A stretch of 64,000 bases of DNA from Rhodobacterales bacterium (GTDB taxonomy: Bacteria; Pseudomonadota; Alphaproteobacteria; Rhodobacterales; CAZPXZ01). The position numbers and the translations under genes are program-made. The stretch covers positions 522,052-586,051 of the forward strand of contig CBDCSI010000002.1 of NCBI GenBank assembly GCA_965221505.1, in the 5' to 3' direction. The notes under the pieces are model-generated. The model was not told the origin of the DNA and ran no database searches. It was given only the letters and a program-made list of their open reading frames with translations. This document shows, in pieces, positions 1-10,778 of this stretch. Within the stretch, counting starts at the first letter, position 1; the number at the start of each line of letters is the position of its first letter.

Positions 1-2380
1 CGGCGCGCTCGGGAAGCGCGGTGGAGTCGACGATCATGGCGTTGAGGCCGCCGGTCTCCGCGACCAGCGGCGCCTCCGGCGGCGCATGCCGCGCCATCGA
101 CCGCTCGATCGAGCGCGCGGTCTCGGTGGAGCCGGTGAAGCCCACGCCGGCAAGGCGCGAATCCCCCACGAGCTTCGCGCCCACGACGGAGCCCGGACCG
201 GGAAGAAACTGCAGCACGTCCCTGGGAACGCCCGCCTCGTGCAGGAGCGAGACGGCACGTCCGGCGATGAGGCAGGTCTGCTGCGCCGGCTTCGCGAGAA
301 CCGCGCACCCCGCCGCCATGGGCGCCGCAACCTGTCCGGTGAAGATCGCGAGCGGGAAGTTCCAGGGCGAAATCGCAACCCACGCGCCCTCCCGCGCGAC
401 GAGTCCCCGGCGCTCGTAGCGGCGCGCCTCGCCGGCGTAGTAGCGAAGGAAGTCGACCGCCTCCCGGATTTCTCCGACCGTGTCCGGCCAGGTCTTTCCG
501 GCCTCCCGGCAGGCGAGCGACATCAGCTCCGGCGCCCGCCGCTCGTAGAGTTCTGCGGCCCTCTCCAGGATCGCCGCCCTCTCCGCTGCCGGCCTCGCCG
601 ACCACGCGGCTTGCCCGACCAGAGCGGCTTCGAACGCCGCATCGACGTCGGCCTCGTCCGAAAATGCGACCTCTCCCACCGCCTCCTCGGGCCGGGCGGG
701 ATTGAATACCGTACGGGACTTCCGCGGCCGCTCGGTCGGGTGCGCGAGCGCCGGGCCGGCCCGCCACGAGCGCCGGTCGGACTGGCTTCGTCTCTCCTGC
801 AGCGCATCGGCCGTCGGAAAATCGTCGATGTCCCAGCCGACCGAGTTCCGGCGCGCCTCGCCGAAGATCTCCGAGGGCGGAATCACCCGCGGATGGGCAT
901 AGGCCGGCGCAAACCCCTCCAGCACTCCGACGGGGTCCCGGGCGACTTCCCCGGCCGGCGTTCCGCTGTCGGCGATCTGCTGCACGAACGAGCTGTTGGC
1001 GCCGTTCTCCAGCATGCGACGCACCAGATACGCCAGCAGGTCGTGATACTCCCCGACCGGCGCGTAGATGCGATGCCGACGCCCGGACTTCCGGCGTAGG
1101 ATCTCGTGCAGCGACTCGCCCATGCCGTGAATCCGCTGAAACTCGAAAGACGCGTCGGACGGCGCCATGTGCAGGACCGCGGAGAGCGTATGCGCGTTGT
1201 GGCTGCCGAACTGCGGATATACCCGGTCCGTCATGCCGAGCAGGCGCTTGGCGCAGGCGAGGTAGGAGACGTCCGTGGCGGACTTGCGGGTGAAGACGGG
1301 AAACCCCTCCAGCCCGAGCACCTGGGCGCGCTTGATCTCCGTGTCCCAATACGCCCCCTTCACGAGCCGGACGCAGAAGCGCCGGCCGGCGCGTCCGGCC
1401 AGGTCGTACGCGTATTCGAGCACCGGCATGGCGCGCTTTCCGTAGGCCTGGACGACCATGCCCAGACCTTCCCACCGGCCGAGTTCCTCCCGCGCCAGCA
1501 CGGCTTCGAACACGTCGAGCGAAAGTTCGAGCCGCTCGGACTCCTCGGCGTCGACGCTCACCCCGAAGTCCGCCTCCGCCGCAACCGCGCAGATCGCGGC
1601 GACCCGGTCCGCCATCTCCGGGACCACCGTCTCGCGCTTGCCCGCCTCGTAGCGCGGATGAATCGCGGAGAGCTTGATCGAGATGCCCGAGTTGTCGTGC
1701 AGCGCGCCGCGGCGCGTTCGCCCCGCGAGGGCCCGCGCGAGCTCGAGATACCGCTCCATGTGCCGCCGGGCGTCGGCCTCCGTCCGGGCGCCCTCGCCGA
1801 GCATGTCGTAGGAATGGGTGTAGCCGCGCGACTCCCAGGACTCGGAGCGGCGGAAGGAGGACTCGATGTCGCGCCCGTGCACGAACCGGTCCGCCACCAG
1901 GCGCATCGCGGCCAGTACCCCGGTGCGGATCGCCGGCCGCGCGACGGGACCCAGCCATGCGCCCGCGCCGCCCTCGTTGCCGGCGAGACCCCGCGCCGCC
2001 CGGAGGCCGAGCGCCGCCGCCCGGGCGGTCGACTTCGGCGAGCGGCGCTTCGTCCAGTCGCCGGCGAGAACCTTGTCCGCGATCAGGTCGTCCCGGGTCG
2101 CGGCGTCCGGCACCCGAAGCAGCGCCTCCGCCAGACACAAGAGCGCGGTGCCTTCGTCGGTGGCGATTCCGTAGCGGGACAGGATCGATTCGAGCAGTTG
2201 CGGCTGCCGTTCGCGCCGGGCCTCCTCCACGAGCCGGGCGGCGTCTTCGGAAATCTTCGCCCGCTCCGAAGCGTCGAGGGCGAGGAGGGCAAGGCGGTCC
2301 CGCAGGATGTCGGCTTCGTCGGCCAGCCAGGCCTGCCGAATCGCGGTCCGGTCAGCCGTCCCGATGTGGCAGTCGGACAA
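1..2380 (-). CDS. putA: Bifunctional proline dehydrogenase / P5C dehydrogenase PutA; C-terminal part runs off the left edge
   Basis: Absent from the ORF track because it has no stop in the window. Reverse complement of 1-60 reads ETGGLNAMIVDSTALPERA (ALDH domain). The same open frame gives SYDMLGEGARTE (~1800-1850) and RLVKGAYWDTEIKRAQ (~1320-1370). The only in-frame start candidate near the 5' end is TTG at 2380-2378, so the start is approximate. Confidence 0.8.
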   Translation of the reverse strand, partial: MSDCHIGTADRTAIRQAWLADEADILRDRLALLALDASERAKISEDAARLVEEARRERQPQLLESILSRYGIATDEGTALLCLAEALLRVPDAATRDDLIADKVLAGDWTKRRSPKSTARAAALGLRAARGLAGNEGGAGAWLGPVARPAIRTGVLAAMRLVADRFVHGRDIESSFRRSESWESRGYTHSYDMLGEGARTEADARRHMERYLELARALAGRTRRGALHDNSGISIKLSAIHPRYEAGKRETVVPEMADRVAAICAVAAEADFGVSVDAEESERLELSLDVFEAVLAREELGRWEGLGMVVQAYGKRAMPVLEYAYDLAGRAGRRFCVRLVKGAYWDTEIKRAQVLGLEGFPVFTRKSATDVSYLACAKRLLGMTDRVYPQFGSHNAHTLSAVLHMAPSDASFEFQRIHGMGESLHEILRRKSGRRHRIYAPVGEYHDLLAYLVRRMLENGANSSFVQQIADSGTPAGEVARDPVGVLEGFAPAYAHPRVIPPSEIFGEARRNSVGWDIDDFPTADALQERRSQSDRRSWRAGPALAHPTERPRKSRTVFNPARPEEAVGEVAFSDEADVDAAFEAALVGQAAWSARPAAERAAILERAAELYERRAPELMSLACREAGKTWPDTVGEIREAVDFLRYYAGEARRYERRGLVAREGAWVAISPWNFPLAIFTGQVAAPMAAGCAVLAKPAQQTCLIAGRAVSLLHEAGVPRDVLQFLPGPGSVVGAKLVGDSRLAGVGFTGSTETARSIERSMARHAPPEAPLVAETGGLNAMIVDSTALPERA

Positions 2381-2518
2381 TCTGGATACTCCGCTAGGTC
2401 GCGCACCGCTTGCGTCGGCCGCCGTCCGGTGCGACCCTTGCCCCGGTCGGCCGTGCGGAACTGATCTGTCCTGCAATCATAATTCAATCGGCCGGCGTTC
2501 GGCAGAGGAGAACGGACC

Positions 2519-2986
2519 ATGACAAACGGACTGAAGGCCTTCGCGCTCGGCGTCGCCGCGCTCGTCTGGACCGCCGGGGCAGAGGCCGCCGGCACCGCCG
2601 AACCCACGGTCACGGTCGACGCGGCGACGCTCTACGAAGAGGGTGTCGCCGCGGCGGAGGCCGAGGACTGGACGGAGGCCGTGCTGCTCTTTTCCGAAGC
2701 GGCGTCCCTGGATCCGGAGTCGGCCGACGCGCTCAACATGCTGGCCTACAGCCAGCGCCATCTCGGCGACGTCGACACCGCGATCCGGAACTACAACCTG
2801 GCGCTGGCCCTCGACCCGGATCACGAGGGCGCGAGGGAGTATCTCGGCGAAGCGCTGCTGACGATCGGGGATCTCGACGGCGCGAAGCAACAGCTCGAGG
2901 CGCTGCGCGGCATCTGCCCGGAGGGCTGCGAGGCGCTGGAAGAACTGCACGAAGCGATCGAGGCCTTCGAAGCGGCGAATTCCTGA
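2519..2986 (+). CDS. Secreted tetratricopeptide-repeat (TPR) protein
   Basis: 155-aa ORF with GAGGAG upstream of the ATG. N-terminal signal-like sequence LKAFALGVAALVWTAGAEAAG, followed by TPR-like helices (ALNMLAYSQRHLGDVDTAIRNYNLALALDP). Confidence 0.7.
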   Translation: MTNGLKAFALGVAALVWTAGAEAAGTAEPTVTVDAATLYEEGVAAAEAEDWTEAVLLFSEAASLDPESADALNMLAYSQRHLGDVDTAIRNYNLALALDPDHEGAREYLGEALLTIGDLDGAKQQLEALRGICPEGCEALEELHEAIEAFEAANS

Positions 2987-3001
2987 TCCGGGCGAGAGCC
3001 G

Positions 3002-5236
3002 TCAGGAGAAGCGAAGCGTCTTCGGAAACCGCGGCGGGATCTTCCGGCCGGCGCCGGCGCGCTTGCCGACCCAGTCCTCCAGCTTGCGCAGGGTCTGCGT
3101 CCGGTTCGCCGGATCCTTCCAGGACAACCCCGCCACCGAGTCGAACACCCTGGCGTCGGCGAGCTCGCCGTCCCTGATTCTCTGCAGGATCACCCCCCTG
3201 CCCCGCGGCTGCACCGGCACCTCCTCCAGGTCGAAGATCAGGAGCTTCCGGTTGTCGCCGACGCAGGCGACCATGTCTCCGCCGGAGACCGGCGCACAGG
3301 CCACGGCGCGCGCCGGCGCCCTGACGTTGAGCGCCTGCTTGCCGCCCTTCCGACCGGGTGCGGTCAACAGCTCCTCGACCGGCGCCACCAGTCCGCGTCC
3401 GTCGCTGGCCGCCAGGAGGTAGCGCTGGCCTTCGCGATAGGCGATCAGGCTCACCACGTCCTCGTCGTTCGGCAGGTCGATGGCCAGCCGCACCGGCTCG
3501 CCCAGCCCCCGCCCGCCGGGAAGCCGGTCGCAGGCGAGCGTATAGAACCGTCCGTTGGTGCAAAACGCGAGCAGCTTGTCCGTCGTCTCGGCGTGGAGTC
3601 GGATCTGTTCCTCGTCGCCGTCCCGAAAGCGAACCTCGGCCCCCTCGTCGAGATGGCCCCGCATGGCGCGAATGGAGCCGAGCCTCGAATAGATCACCGT
3701 GACCGGCTCGCGCTCCACCATGGCCTCGATGGGGACGGGTTCGCTCGCCGCCGGCGCCTCGGCGATCGCCGTCCGGCGGCCGGACAGCCCCGTCTCCGCA
3801 AGGGTCGACCGGAGCGCGCGAATCTGGCCCGCGACCGAGTTCCACTGCAGGTCTTCCGACGCCAGCAACCGCTCCAGATCCTCCCGCTCGCCGAGCAGCG
3901 CCGTGCGCTCCTCCCGGATCGCCATCTCCTCCAGACGCCGGAGATTCCTGAGCCGCATGTTCAGGATCGCTTCCGCCTGCACGTCGGAGAGCGAGAACTC
4001 GGCCGTCATGATTTCCTTCGGACGGTCCTCCGTGCGCAGGATCTCGATGATTCGGTCCAGATTGAGGAACGCCTGCAGGTGCCCCTCGAGAATCTCGACG
4101 CGGCGGGCGATTCGGTCCAGCCGGTGCCGGGCGCAGCGCAGCAGGACTTCCCGGCGATGGTCCAGGAAGGCGCGGAGCGCCTCGCGCAGGGAGAGGACGC
4201 GGGGCGTCCGCCCGTCGATCAGGACGTTGAGGTTGAGCGGAACGCGGACCTCGAGGTCGCTCTGGCGGAACAGCGCTTCCATCACGACGCCGGCGTCCAC
4301 CTGCCGGCTGCGCGGCTCCAGCACGATGCGCACGCGCTCGTCCGACTCGTCGCGAATGTCGGCGAGCGGCGGAATCTTCCGGCCCGTGACCAGCTCCGCC
4401 AGTCGCTCGACCAGACGCGACTTCTCGACCTGGTAGGGAATCTCGGTGACGACGATGCGCCAGGCGCCGCGTCCGGCGTCCTCCCGCTCCCAGCGGGCGC
4501 GGAGCCGGAACGCCCCCCGGCCGGCCTCGTACGCCTCCCGGATCGAATCCGGCGGCTCGACCAGCACGCCGCCGGTCGGAAAGTCCGGGCCGGGAACCAA
4601 CTCCAGCAGTTTTCTCGAAGTGGCGTTCGGGGCCTTGACCAGATGCAAGAGCGCGTCGCACAGCTCCAGCGCGTTATGCGGCGGTATCGAGGTCGCCATG
4701 CCGACGGCGATGCCCACGGCGCCGTTCGCGAGGAGCGCCGGGAACGCCGCCGGGAGCACGACGGGCTCGTCCTCCTCGCCGGTGAAGTTCGGCCGGAAGT
4801 CGACGGCGTCGTCCTCGATCCCGTCGAGCAGCATCGCCGAGACCGGGGTGAGCCGGGCCTCGGTGTATCGCATCGCGGCCGCGTTGTCGCCGTCGATATT
4901 GCCGAAATTGCCTTGCCCCTCGACCAGCGGATACCGCACGGCGAAGGGCTGCGCGAGGCGGACCAGCGCGTCGTAGGCGGCGCCGTCGCCGTGCGGGTGG
5001 TACTTGCCGATCACGTCGCCGACGATGCGGGCGCATTTCTTGAAGGGCTGCCCCGGTCGCAGGCGCAATTGGTGCATGGCGAACAGGATTCGCCGCTGCA
5101 CGGGCTTCATCCCGTCCCGGACGTCCGGTAGCGCCCGGTCGCGGATGGTCGCTACCGCGAAGGAAAGAAAATTTTCGCTGAGGCTGTCATGGAGGTCGCG
5201 CTCCTCCAGCGTCTCGAACTCGAGCGTGGGTTGCAT
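3002..5236 (-). CDS. parC: DNA topoisomerase IV subunit A
   Basis: Motifs [29 protein letters not shown] and MRYTEARL. Its size (~745 aa) fits ParC rather than GyrA. Start taken at the internal ATG (MQPTLEF, 5236); the track's longest ORF extends to 5314. Confidence 0.85.
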   Translation of the reverse strand: MQPTLEFETLEERDLHDSLSENFLSFAVATIRDRALPDVRDGMKPVQRRILFAMHQLRLRPGQPFKKCARIVGDVIGKYHPHGDGAAYDALVRLAQPFAVRYPLVEGQGNFGNIDGDNAAAMRYTEARLTPVSAMLLDGIEDDAVDFRPNFTGEEDEPVVLPAAFPALLANGAVGIAVGMATSIPPHNALELCDALLHLVKAPNATSRKLLELVPGPDFPTGGVLVEPPDSIREAYEAGRGAFRLRARWEREDAGRGAWRIVVTEIPYQVEKSRLVERLAELVTGRKIPPLADIRDESDERVRIVLEPRSRQVDAGVVMEALFRQSDLEVRVPLNLNVLIDGRTPRVLSLREALRAFLDHRREVLLRCARHRLDRIARRVEILEGHLQAFLNLDRIIEILRTEDRPKEIMTAEFSLSDVQAEAILNMRLRNLRRLEEMAIREERTALLGEREDLERLLASEDLQWNSVAGQIRALRSTLAETGLSGRRTAIAEAPAASEPVPIEAMVEREPVTVIYSRLGSIRAMRGHLDEGAEVRFRDGDEEQIRLHAETTDKLLAFCTNGRFYTLACDRLPGGRGLGEPVRLAIDLPNDEDVVSLIAYREGQRYLLAASDGRGLVAPVEELLTAPGRKGGKQALNVRAPARAVACAPVSGGDMVACVGDNRKLLIFDLEEVPVQPRGRGVILQRIRDGELADARVFDSVAGLSWKDPANRTQTLRKLEDWVGKRAGAGRKIPPRFPKTLRFS

Positions 5237-5313
5237 CGACGCTCCGCAGGGACTATCGGCAGGGCGGCCCCGGTGGCCGGGGGCGAGAATACAGGCGGGA
5301 GGGAACGGCGGCA

Positions 5314-6150
5314 ATGTCGGAGAAGACGCAGAGAACCGTACTGATCACCGGATGCTCCTCGGGCATCGGCGAGGTTTCCGCCCGGACGCTCCGCGAGCGC
5401 GGCTGGCGGGTGTTCGCGACCTGCCGGAAAGAAGCCGATTGCGAACGCCTGCGGGCGGAGGGACTGGAGAGCTTTCCGCTCGACTACGAGGATCCGGACT
5501 CCGTCGCAAAAGGGTTCGAGACCGCGACGGAACGCTGCGACGGTCGCCTCGACGCGTTGTTCAACAACGGGGCGTACGCGATCCCCGGCATGGTCGAGGA
5601 CATCACGCCGGCTGCCCTCAGAGCCACCTTCGAGGCCAATTTCTTCGGCTGGCACGACCTCACGCGCCGCGTGCTCCCCGGCATGCGGGCGCGGGGTTCG
5701 GGCCGGATCGTCCAGAACTCGTCGGTGCTCGGCTTCGTGCCGCTTCCGCTCCGGGGCTCCTACGTCGCGACCAAATACGCCGTCGAGGGCCTGACGGACA
5801 CGCTCCGGCTCGAGCTCCGGGGCACCGGCGTGCACGCGATCCTGATCGAGCCCGGCCCGATCGCGACCAAGTTCAACGAGAACGCCATCCGGCAGTTCCA
5901 CAACTGGATCGACCTCGACGGCACCGACTTCCGGGAGCAGTACGAGCGGCGCCTCCTGCGGCTGCGTTCCTCGAAGCCGACGCCCGGCACGCTGCCGTCG
6001 GAGGCCGTGGCCGCGAAGCTGGTGCATGCGCTGGAGAGCCGGGTCCCGCGTCCCCGCTACTACGTGACCCGGCCGACCTACCTGCTCGGCGGATTGCGGA
6101 GAATCCTCTCTACCCGCGCCCTCGACGCCCTGCTCGCCAAACGCGCGTAA
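5314..6150 (+). CDS. Short-chain dehydrogenase/reductase (SDR)
   Basis: TGCSSGIG cofactor motif and [10 protein letters not shown] (YxxxK). GGGAGGGAA lies upstream of the ATG. Confidence 0.85.
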   Translation: MSEKTQRTVLITGCSSGIGEVSARTLRERGWRVFATCRKEADCERLRAEGLESFPLDYEDPDSVAKGFETATERCDGRLDALFNNGAYAIPGMVEDITPAALRATFEANFFGWHDLTRRVLPGMRARGSGRIVQNSSVLGFVPLPLRGSYVATKYAVEGLTDTLRLELRGTGVHAILIEPGPIATKFNENAIRQFHNWIDLDGTDFREQYERRLLRLRSSKPTPGTLPSEAVAAKLVHALESRVPRPRYYVTRPTYLLGGLRRILSTRALDALLAKRA

Positions 6151-6152
6151 GC

Positions 6153-6171
6153 CCGGACGCGCCCCGTCCGG
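6153..6171 (+). terminator. Candidate stem-loop just after the SDR stop codon
   Basis: CCGGACG-cgccc-CGTCCGG: perfect 7-bp stem with a 5-nt loop. There is no clear U-tract, so it is weak. Confidence 0.3.
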
Positions 6172-6307
6172 CGATCGTTCGGTAGTATGGAGCCGGATCG
6201 GGCAGGACGGCATGCGCGCCCGGAACCGGTCGGCGACCCCGCAGGTCGCCGGCGCCGCCGCGCAGTCGTCCGGCTGTCGCCGCAGAATTCCAGGGGAGAC
6301 GCGAGAC

Positions 6308-6490
6308 ATGCAGTGGGTCGCAATCATCGGTCTGCTCGCGGTGCTCGGGGTGCTGGCGGCGGGCGTCGCCCAGTTCGCCGTCGGCAAGGGTGACCCGCAC
6401 CGGTCGAACCGTCTCATGCGTTGGCGCGTGCTGGCACAGGCGGCCGCCATCCTCCTGGTGCTCGTCGCGCTCGCGATTTCGGCCGCCTGA
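6308..6490 (+). CDS. Twin-transmembrane-helix small protein (HIG1-like)
   Basis: 60-aa product MQWVAIIGLLAVLGVLAAGVAQF...RWRVLAQAAAILLVLVALAISAA with two hydrophobic helices. GGGGAG precedes the internal ATG. The longer track ORF (from 6212) has an Arg-rich, unlikely N-terminus. Confidence 0.6.
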   Translation: MQWVAIIGLLAVLGVLAAGVAQFAVGKGDPHRSNRLMRWRVLAQAAAILLVLVALAISAA

Positions 6491-6514
6491 TAGGCGCTCC
6501 GGAGGAGTCTGCGA

Positions 6515-7081
6515 ATGGTCGTATTGAACCGCATCTATACCGGCCTCGGCGACGCCGGCGAAACCGCGCTCGGCTCCGGCCTGCGCGTGAAGAAGACGGC
6601 GCTCCGGGTCGAGGCCTACGGCACCGTGGACGAGGCGAACGCCGCCCTCGGACTCGCGCGTGCGCGGGCGGAGGGAGACCTGGCCGAGGCGCTCGCCCGC
6701 ATCCAGAACGACCTCTTCGATCTCGGCGCCGACCTTTGCGTCCCGCCGGACGCGAACCCCGCGTCCAGACCCGCCCTGCGAATCGCGACCTCCCACTTCG
6801 AACGCCTCGAGGGCGAAATCGACGAGATGAACCGGGACCTCGCGCCGCTTCGCTCCTTCGTCTTGCCCGGCGGGAGCGAACTCGCCGCGGCGTTGCATCT
6901 GGCGCGAACCGTCGCCCGACGCGCCGAACGCCGCTGCTTCGCCCTCGCCGAGAGCGAGCCGGTCGGCGCCGAAGCCCTGCGCTACCTCAACCGGCTCTCG
7001 GACTGGCTCTTCGTCGCGGCCCGCGTCGCCAACGACAACGGAGCTTCGGACGTCCTCTGGGAGCCCGGCGGAAACCTCTGA
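6515..7081 (+). CDS. PduO-type ATP:cob(I)alamin adenosyltransferase
   Basis: N-terminus IYTGLGDAGETAL...RVEAYGTVDEANAALG is typical of the family. GGAGGA lies upstream. Confidence 0.85.
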   Translation: MVVLNRIYTGLGDAGETALGSGLRVKKTALRVEAYGTVDEANAALGLARARAEGDLAEALARIQNDLFDLGADLCVPPDANPASRPALRIATSHFERLEGEIDEMNRDLAPLRSFVLPGGSELAAALHLARTVARRAERRCFALAESEPVGAEALRYLNRLSDWLFVAARVANDNGASDVLWEPGGNL

Positions 7082-7238
7082 ACTCCGGCGCTCCGGGCGC
7101 AACCGGGCCGTCGGTGCCGATACCGCCGGACGGGCGTCGCGCGTCTCCCGGCTTTCGCTGGCGTCTCGGACCCCGCCGAAGCCGGGTCGGGCGGCGCGGC
7201 GCGGACGTCCGCCGGCGAGACTCGACAGGAGTCTTCCC

Positions 7239-8219
7239 ATGAGCGACAGGGCGCGGGACGGCGCCGCCCGCATTCCCGACTTCGAGAGCGTACTCGAAGC
7301 GCGCGAACGGATTTCCCCCATCGTTCACAGGACGCCGGTTCTGACGTCGCGCGCCCTGGACCGCCTGACCGGCGCCTCCCTGTACTTCAAGTGCGAGAAT
7401 TTCCAGAAGACGGGCTCCTTCAAGGTGCGCGGAGCGGCGAACGCGGTTCTCGGACTGTCCGGCGAGCGGGCGGCGAAGGGGGTTGCGACCCACAGCTCCG
7501 GCAATCACGGCCTGGCGCTCAGCTTCGCGGCCGGGTTGCGCGGAATTCCCTGCCGCGTGGCGATGCCCCGCACCGCGCCGGCGGTCAAGCGGCTCGCCGT
7601 GGAAGGATACGGAGGCCAGATCGTCGAATGCGAAGCCTCGACCGCATCCCGCGAGGCGGCGCTCGAACGCGTGTGCGCCGCGACCGAAGCGGAGTTCGTG
7701 CATCCCTATGACGACCCCCGCGTCATCGCCGGGCAGGCCACTTGTTCGGCGGAATTCCTGGAGCAGGCCGGACCGCTCGATATCCTGATCGCGCCCATAG
7801 GCGGCGGAGGCATGGTCTCGGGCGCTTGCCTGGCGGTCTCGGCTTGGTCGCCGGAGACGAGCGTATGGGCGGCCGAGCCGGAGCAGGCGGACGACGCGTT
7901 CCGCAGCCTCCGGGCCGGCCGCATCGTCGCGGACGACGCGCCGGAGACCGTGGCCGACGGATTGAAGGTGCCGTTGCGGGCGTTGACGTGGCACTTCGTG
8001 TCGCGCCGCGTGGCCGGCATCCTTACCGTATCGGAATCGGAAATCGTCGACGCCATGCGTCTCCTGTGGACGCGAACGAAGCTGGTGGCGGAGCCGTCCT
8101 CGGCCGTGCCGCTCGCCGCGATCCTGAAGCGACGGGACGTCTTCGCCGACAAGCGGGTCGGGGTCGTCCTGACCGGCGGCAACGTCGACCTCGATCGGCT
8201 GCCCTGGATGCGGAACTGA
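7239..8219 (+). CDS. PLP-dependent serine/threonine dehydratase-family enzyme (3-hydroxyaspartate dehydratase / ammonia-lyase-like)
   Basis: FKCENFQKTGSFKVRGA (PLP-lysine motif) and a GGGGM glycine loop. Length 326 aa. Confidence 0.85.
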   Translation: MSDRARDGAARIPDFESVLEARERISPIVHRTPVLTSRALDRLTGASLYFKCENFQKTGSFKVRGAANAVLGLSGERAAKGVATHSSGNHGLALSFAAGLRGIPCRVAMPRTAPAVKRLAVEGYGGQIVECEASTASREAALERVCAATEAEFVHPYDDPRVIAGQATCSAEFLEQAGPLDILIAPIGGGGMVSGACLAVSAWSPETSVWAAEPEQADDAFRSLRAGRIVADDAPETVADGLKVPLRALTWHFVSRRVAGILTVSESEIVDAMRLLWTRTKLVAEPSSAVPLAAILKRRDVFADKRVGVVLTGGNVDLDRLPWMRN

Positions 8220-8233
8220 GAAGGAGCGGGCCC

Positions 8234-9400
8234 TTGCGCATATCGGACGACTGGAGCGGTCTCGAGGTCGGCTACGACGTCCCGGCCCTCCCCGGCATGG
8301 ACGAGGACGAGATCCAGACCCCCTGCCTGATTCTCGACCTGGACGCCCTGGAGCGGAACGTCCGGAAACTGGGCGCCTATGCGAAAGCGCACGGCATGCG
8401 TCACCGGGCGCACGGGAAGATGCACAAATCGGTGGACGTCGCCAGGCTCCAGCAGGAGGCCGGCGGCGCGGTCGGCGTCTGCTGTCAGAAGGTCAGCGAG
8501 GCGGAGGTCTTCGCCCGGGGCGGGATCGAAGACGTCCTTCTCACCAACCAGGTTCGCGACCCGGCCAAGATCGACCGGCTCGCGCGCCTGCCGACTCTGG
8601 GCGCCCGAACCGCGGTCTGCGTCGACGACGCGGCGAACGCGACAGAGTTGTCGGACGCGGCCGTCCGGCACGGCACGACGCTGGATTGCCTGGTCGAGAT
8701 CGATTGCGGCGCCGGCCGCTGCGGGGTCGCCGACGTCGCCGCCGTCGTCGAGATCGCACGTGCGGTCGACGCCGCGCCGGGACTGCGATTCTCCGGCCTC
8801 CAGGCCTATCACGGCTCCGCACAACACCTCGAATCCCACGAGGACCGCAAGGCGTGGATCGAAGCGGCGATCGTTCGGGTGCGGGATGCGGTCGCAGGAC
8901 TCGAAGCGGCGGGACTGCACGCGGAGCTGGTTTCGGGGGGCGGAACCGGAAGCTACCGCCTCGAGTCGAACTCCGGCGTCTACAACGAACTGCAATGCGG
9001 ATCCTACGCGTTCATGGACGCCGATTACGGCCGCATCCGGGACCCGAACGGCGACCGGTTCGACCAAGGCGAATGGGAATACGCCCTGTTCGTCCTGACC
9101 GGCGTCATGAGTCACGCCAAGCCGGATCGGGCGATCTGCGACGCCGGCCTCAAGTCGCTGTCGGTCGACAGCGGGCTGCCCTTCGTCTACGGGCGCGACG
9201 ACGGTCTCCGGTACGTCCAGTGTTCCGACGAACACGGCGTGATCGAGGATCCCGGCGGCGCGCTCGCGATACGGGACCGGCTTCGGCTCGTGCCGGGACA
9301 TTGCGACCCGACCTGCAACCTGCATGACTGGTACGTCGGCGTCCGCAACGGCAAGGTCGAGACCCTGTGGCCGGTATCGGCGCGAGGCAAGGCATACTGA
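8234..9400 (+). CDS. DSD1-family (alanine-racemase fold) PLP enzyme: D-threonine / beta-hydroxyaspartate aldolase or D-3-hydroxyaspartate dehydratase-like
   Basis: RAHGKMHKS matches the family's PLP-lysine region. TTG at 8234 is preceded by AAGGAG (8221-8226). The upstream part of the track ORF (from 7742) is a shadow of the preceding gene. Confidence 0.8.
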   Translation: MRISDDWSGLEVGYDVPALPGMDEDEIQTPCLILDLDALERNVRKLGAYAKAHGMRHRAHGKMHKSVDVARLQQEAGGAVGVCCQKVSEAEVFARGGIEDVLLTNQVRDPAKIDRLARLPTLGARTAVCVDDAANATELSDAAVRHGTTLDCLVEIDCGAGRCGVADVAAVVEIARAVDAAPGLRFSGLQAYHGSAQHLESHEDRKAWIEAAIVRVRDAVAGLEAAGLHAELVSGGGTGSYRLESNSGVYNELQCGSYAFMDADYGRIRDPNGDRFDQGEWEYALFVLTGVMSHAKPDRAICDAGLKSLSVDSGLPFVYGRDDGLRYVQCSDEHGVIEDPGGALAIRDRLRLVPGHCDPTCNLHDWYVGVRNGKVETLWPVSARGKAY

Positions 9401-9464
9401 GCCGTCCGGTCGCCGGACCGGTTTCGCCGACGGCCTGCCGGCGGCGGCCCCGCGGATCTTTCGA

Positions 9465-10769
9465 TTAGCGGCCCGCTTGCGCCTCGGCCAGCGCGCGCGG
9501 CTTCGGGCCGCCGGTCGCCCAGTCGAGCAGTTCGACCGTGTGTACGACCGGGATCGACGTCCCGGAGGCGATCTGGATCATGCAGCCGATATTGCCGGCC
9601 GCCACGACCTCCGGTCGGGTGCGCAGGACGTTCCGCACTTTCCGCGTCCGCAACTCGGACGCGATCTCCGGCTGCAGGAGGTTGTAGGTGCCGGCGGAGC
9701 CGCAACACATATGGGACTCGCCCGGCTCCACGACGGTGTAGCCGGCTTCCGCGAGCAGGGACTTCGGCTGCTGCCGGACCGCCTGCCCGTGCTGCAGCGA
9801 ACACGCGGCGTGGTAGGCGACCCGAAGGCCTGTCGCTTTCGCCGGCTCCCGGAGACCCAGTTCGGCCATCACTTCGGTGACGTCCCGGGCGATCGCCGCA
9901 ATCCGCCCGGCCGACTCCGCTTCCGGCTCGTTGCGGAACATGTGGCCGTAGTCCTTGACCGTGGTGCCGCAGCCGGACGTGTTGACCACCACGGCGTCGA
10001 GCCCCGCCCTGTCCGACTCGCGGGACCATGCGGCCACGTTGCGGCGGGCGAACCCGTGGCTCTCCCGGCTCCGTCCCATATGGTGCGCCAGCGCCCCGCA
10101 GCAGCCCGCGCCATCGGCCACCACCACCTCGCAGCCGTGCCGGGTGAGAAGCCGTACGGTCGCGTCGTTGATGTCGGTGTTGACTCCCCGCTGCACGCAG
10201 CCGGTCATCAGCGCGACGCGCATCCGCCGCTCGCCGAACGCCGGGAACGTCTGCGGACGGTCGTTCGGGCTCGGCGACGGCATTTTCTTCGGCGCCATCT
10301 CCAGCATCGCGCGCAGGCGGGCGTCCGGCGCAAGCGACCGGAAGGGTCGCGCGAGTCTCGCGAGCCCCATCGCCAGCCGAAAGCGCGTCGGATAGGGAAG
10401 GATCCGGCCCAGGAGCCAGCGCAAGCCCCGGTCGTGCCAGGGCCGGCGGAAGTTCTCCTCGATATAGGCGCGGGCGTGATCGACCAGATGCATGTAGTGC
10501 ACGCTGGAGGGGCAAGTGGTCATGCAGGCGAGACAGGACAGGCAGCGGTCGATGTGCAGGACGGTCTTCGGGTCTGGCTTGCGCCCGGTCTCCAGCATTT
10601 CCTTGATCAGGTAGATCCGCCCGCGGGGACTGTCGAGTTCGTCGCCCAGGACCTGGTAGGTCGGACAGGTGGCGGTGCAGAATCCGCAATGGACGCAGCT
10701 GCGCAGGATCTCGTTGGATCGCGCGGTCGCCGGATCCCGGAGCTGCTCGGCCGTGAATTCGGTCTGCAT
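9465..10769 (-). CDS. glcF: Glycolate oxidase iron-sulfur subunit
   Basis: Two ferredoxin-type clusters, CVHCGFCTATCP and CLSCLACMTTCP, plus C-terminal CCG domains. Confidence 0.9.
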   Translation of the reverse strand: MQTEFTAEQLRDPATARSNEILRSCVHCGFCTATCPTYQVLGDELDSPRGRIYLIKEMLETGRKPDPKTVLHIDRCLSCLACMTTCPSSVHYMHLVDHARAYIEENFRRPWHDRGLRWLLGRILPYPTRFRLAMGLARLARPFRSLAPDARLRAMLEMAPKKMPSPSPNDRPQTFPAFGERRMRVALMTGCVQRGVNTDINDATVRLLTRHGCEVVVADGAGCCGALAHHMGRSRESHGFARRNVAAWSRESDRAGLDAVVVNTSGCGTTVKDYGHMFRNEPEAESAGRIAAIARDVTEVMAELGLREPAKATGLRVAYHAACSLQHGQAVRQQPKSLLAEAGYTVVEPGESHMCCGSAGTYNLLQPEIASELRTRKVRNVLRTRPEVVAAGNIGCMIQIASGTSIPVVHTVELLDWATGGPKPRALAEAQAGR

Positions 10770-10778
10770 GACAGCCTC

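Noticed and set aside
4578-4590. GGAAAGTCCGGGC, identical to the conserved P4 region motif of bacterial RNase P RNA.
   Set aside because: It lies inside the well-supported parC coding sequence, with no surrounding RNase P-like secondary-structure elements, so it is a chance match.
2733-4661. Very long ORFs rich in Arg/Pro/Gly/Ala. Examples: 2733..4661(-), 3593..5131(+), 9187..11610(-), 9324..11105(+), 15256..17220(-), 21334..22863(-), 22903..25083(+), 34468..35910(-), 39710..41359(-), 50374..52482(+), 54556..56322(+).
   Set aside because: They overlap, out of frame or antisense, genes that have clear family motifs. Their composition is the usual stop-codon-poor shadow of a high-GC genome, and none carries a recognisable motif.
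3002-5314. Using the longest ORF start (5314) for parC.
   Set aside because: The extra 26 codons are Pro/Arg-rich and would abut the divergent SDR start codon. The internal ATG at 5236 gives a ParC-like N-terminus.
7028-7039. GCCAACGACAAC (Ala-Asn-Asp-Asn), reminiscent of the start of alphaproteobacterial tmRNA tag reading frames.
   Set aside because: It is in frame within the PduO-type adenosyltransferase gene (…RVANDNGASD…), and there is no tRNA-like domain nearby.
9404-9418. GTCCGG-tcg-CCGGAC hairpin between the convergent DSD1-family gene and glcF, considered as a bidirectional terminator.
   Set aside because: It has only a 6-bp stem, a 3-nt loop and a 3-T run, which is too weak to call from sequence alone.
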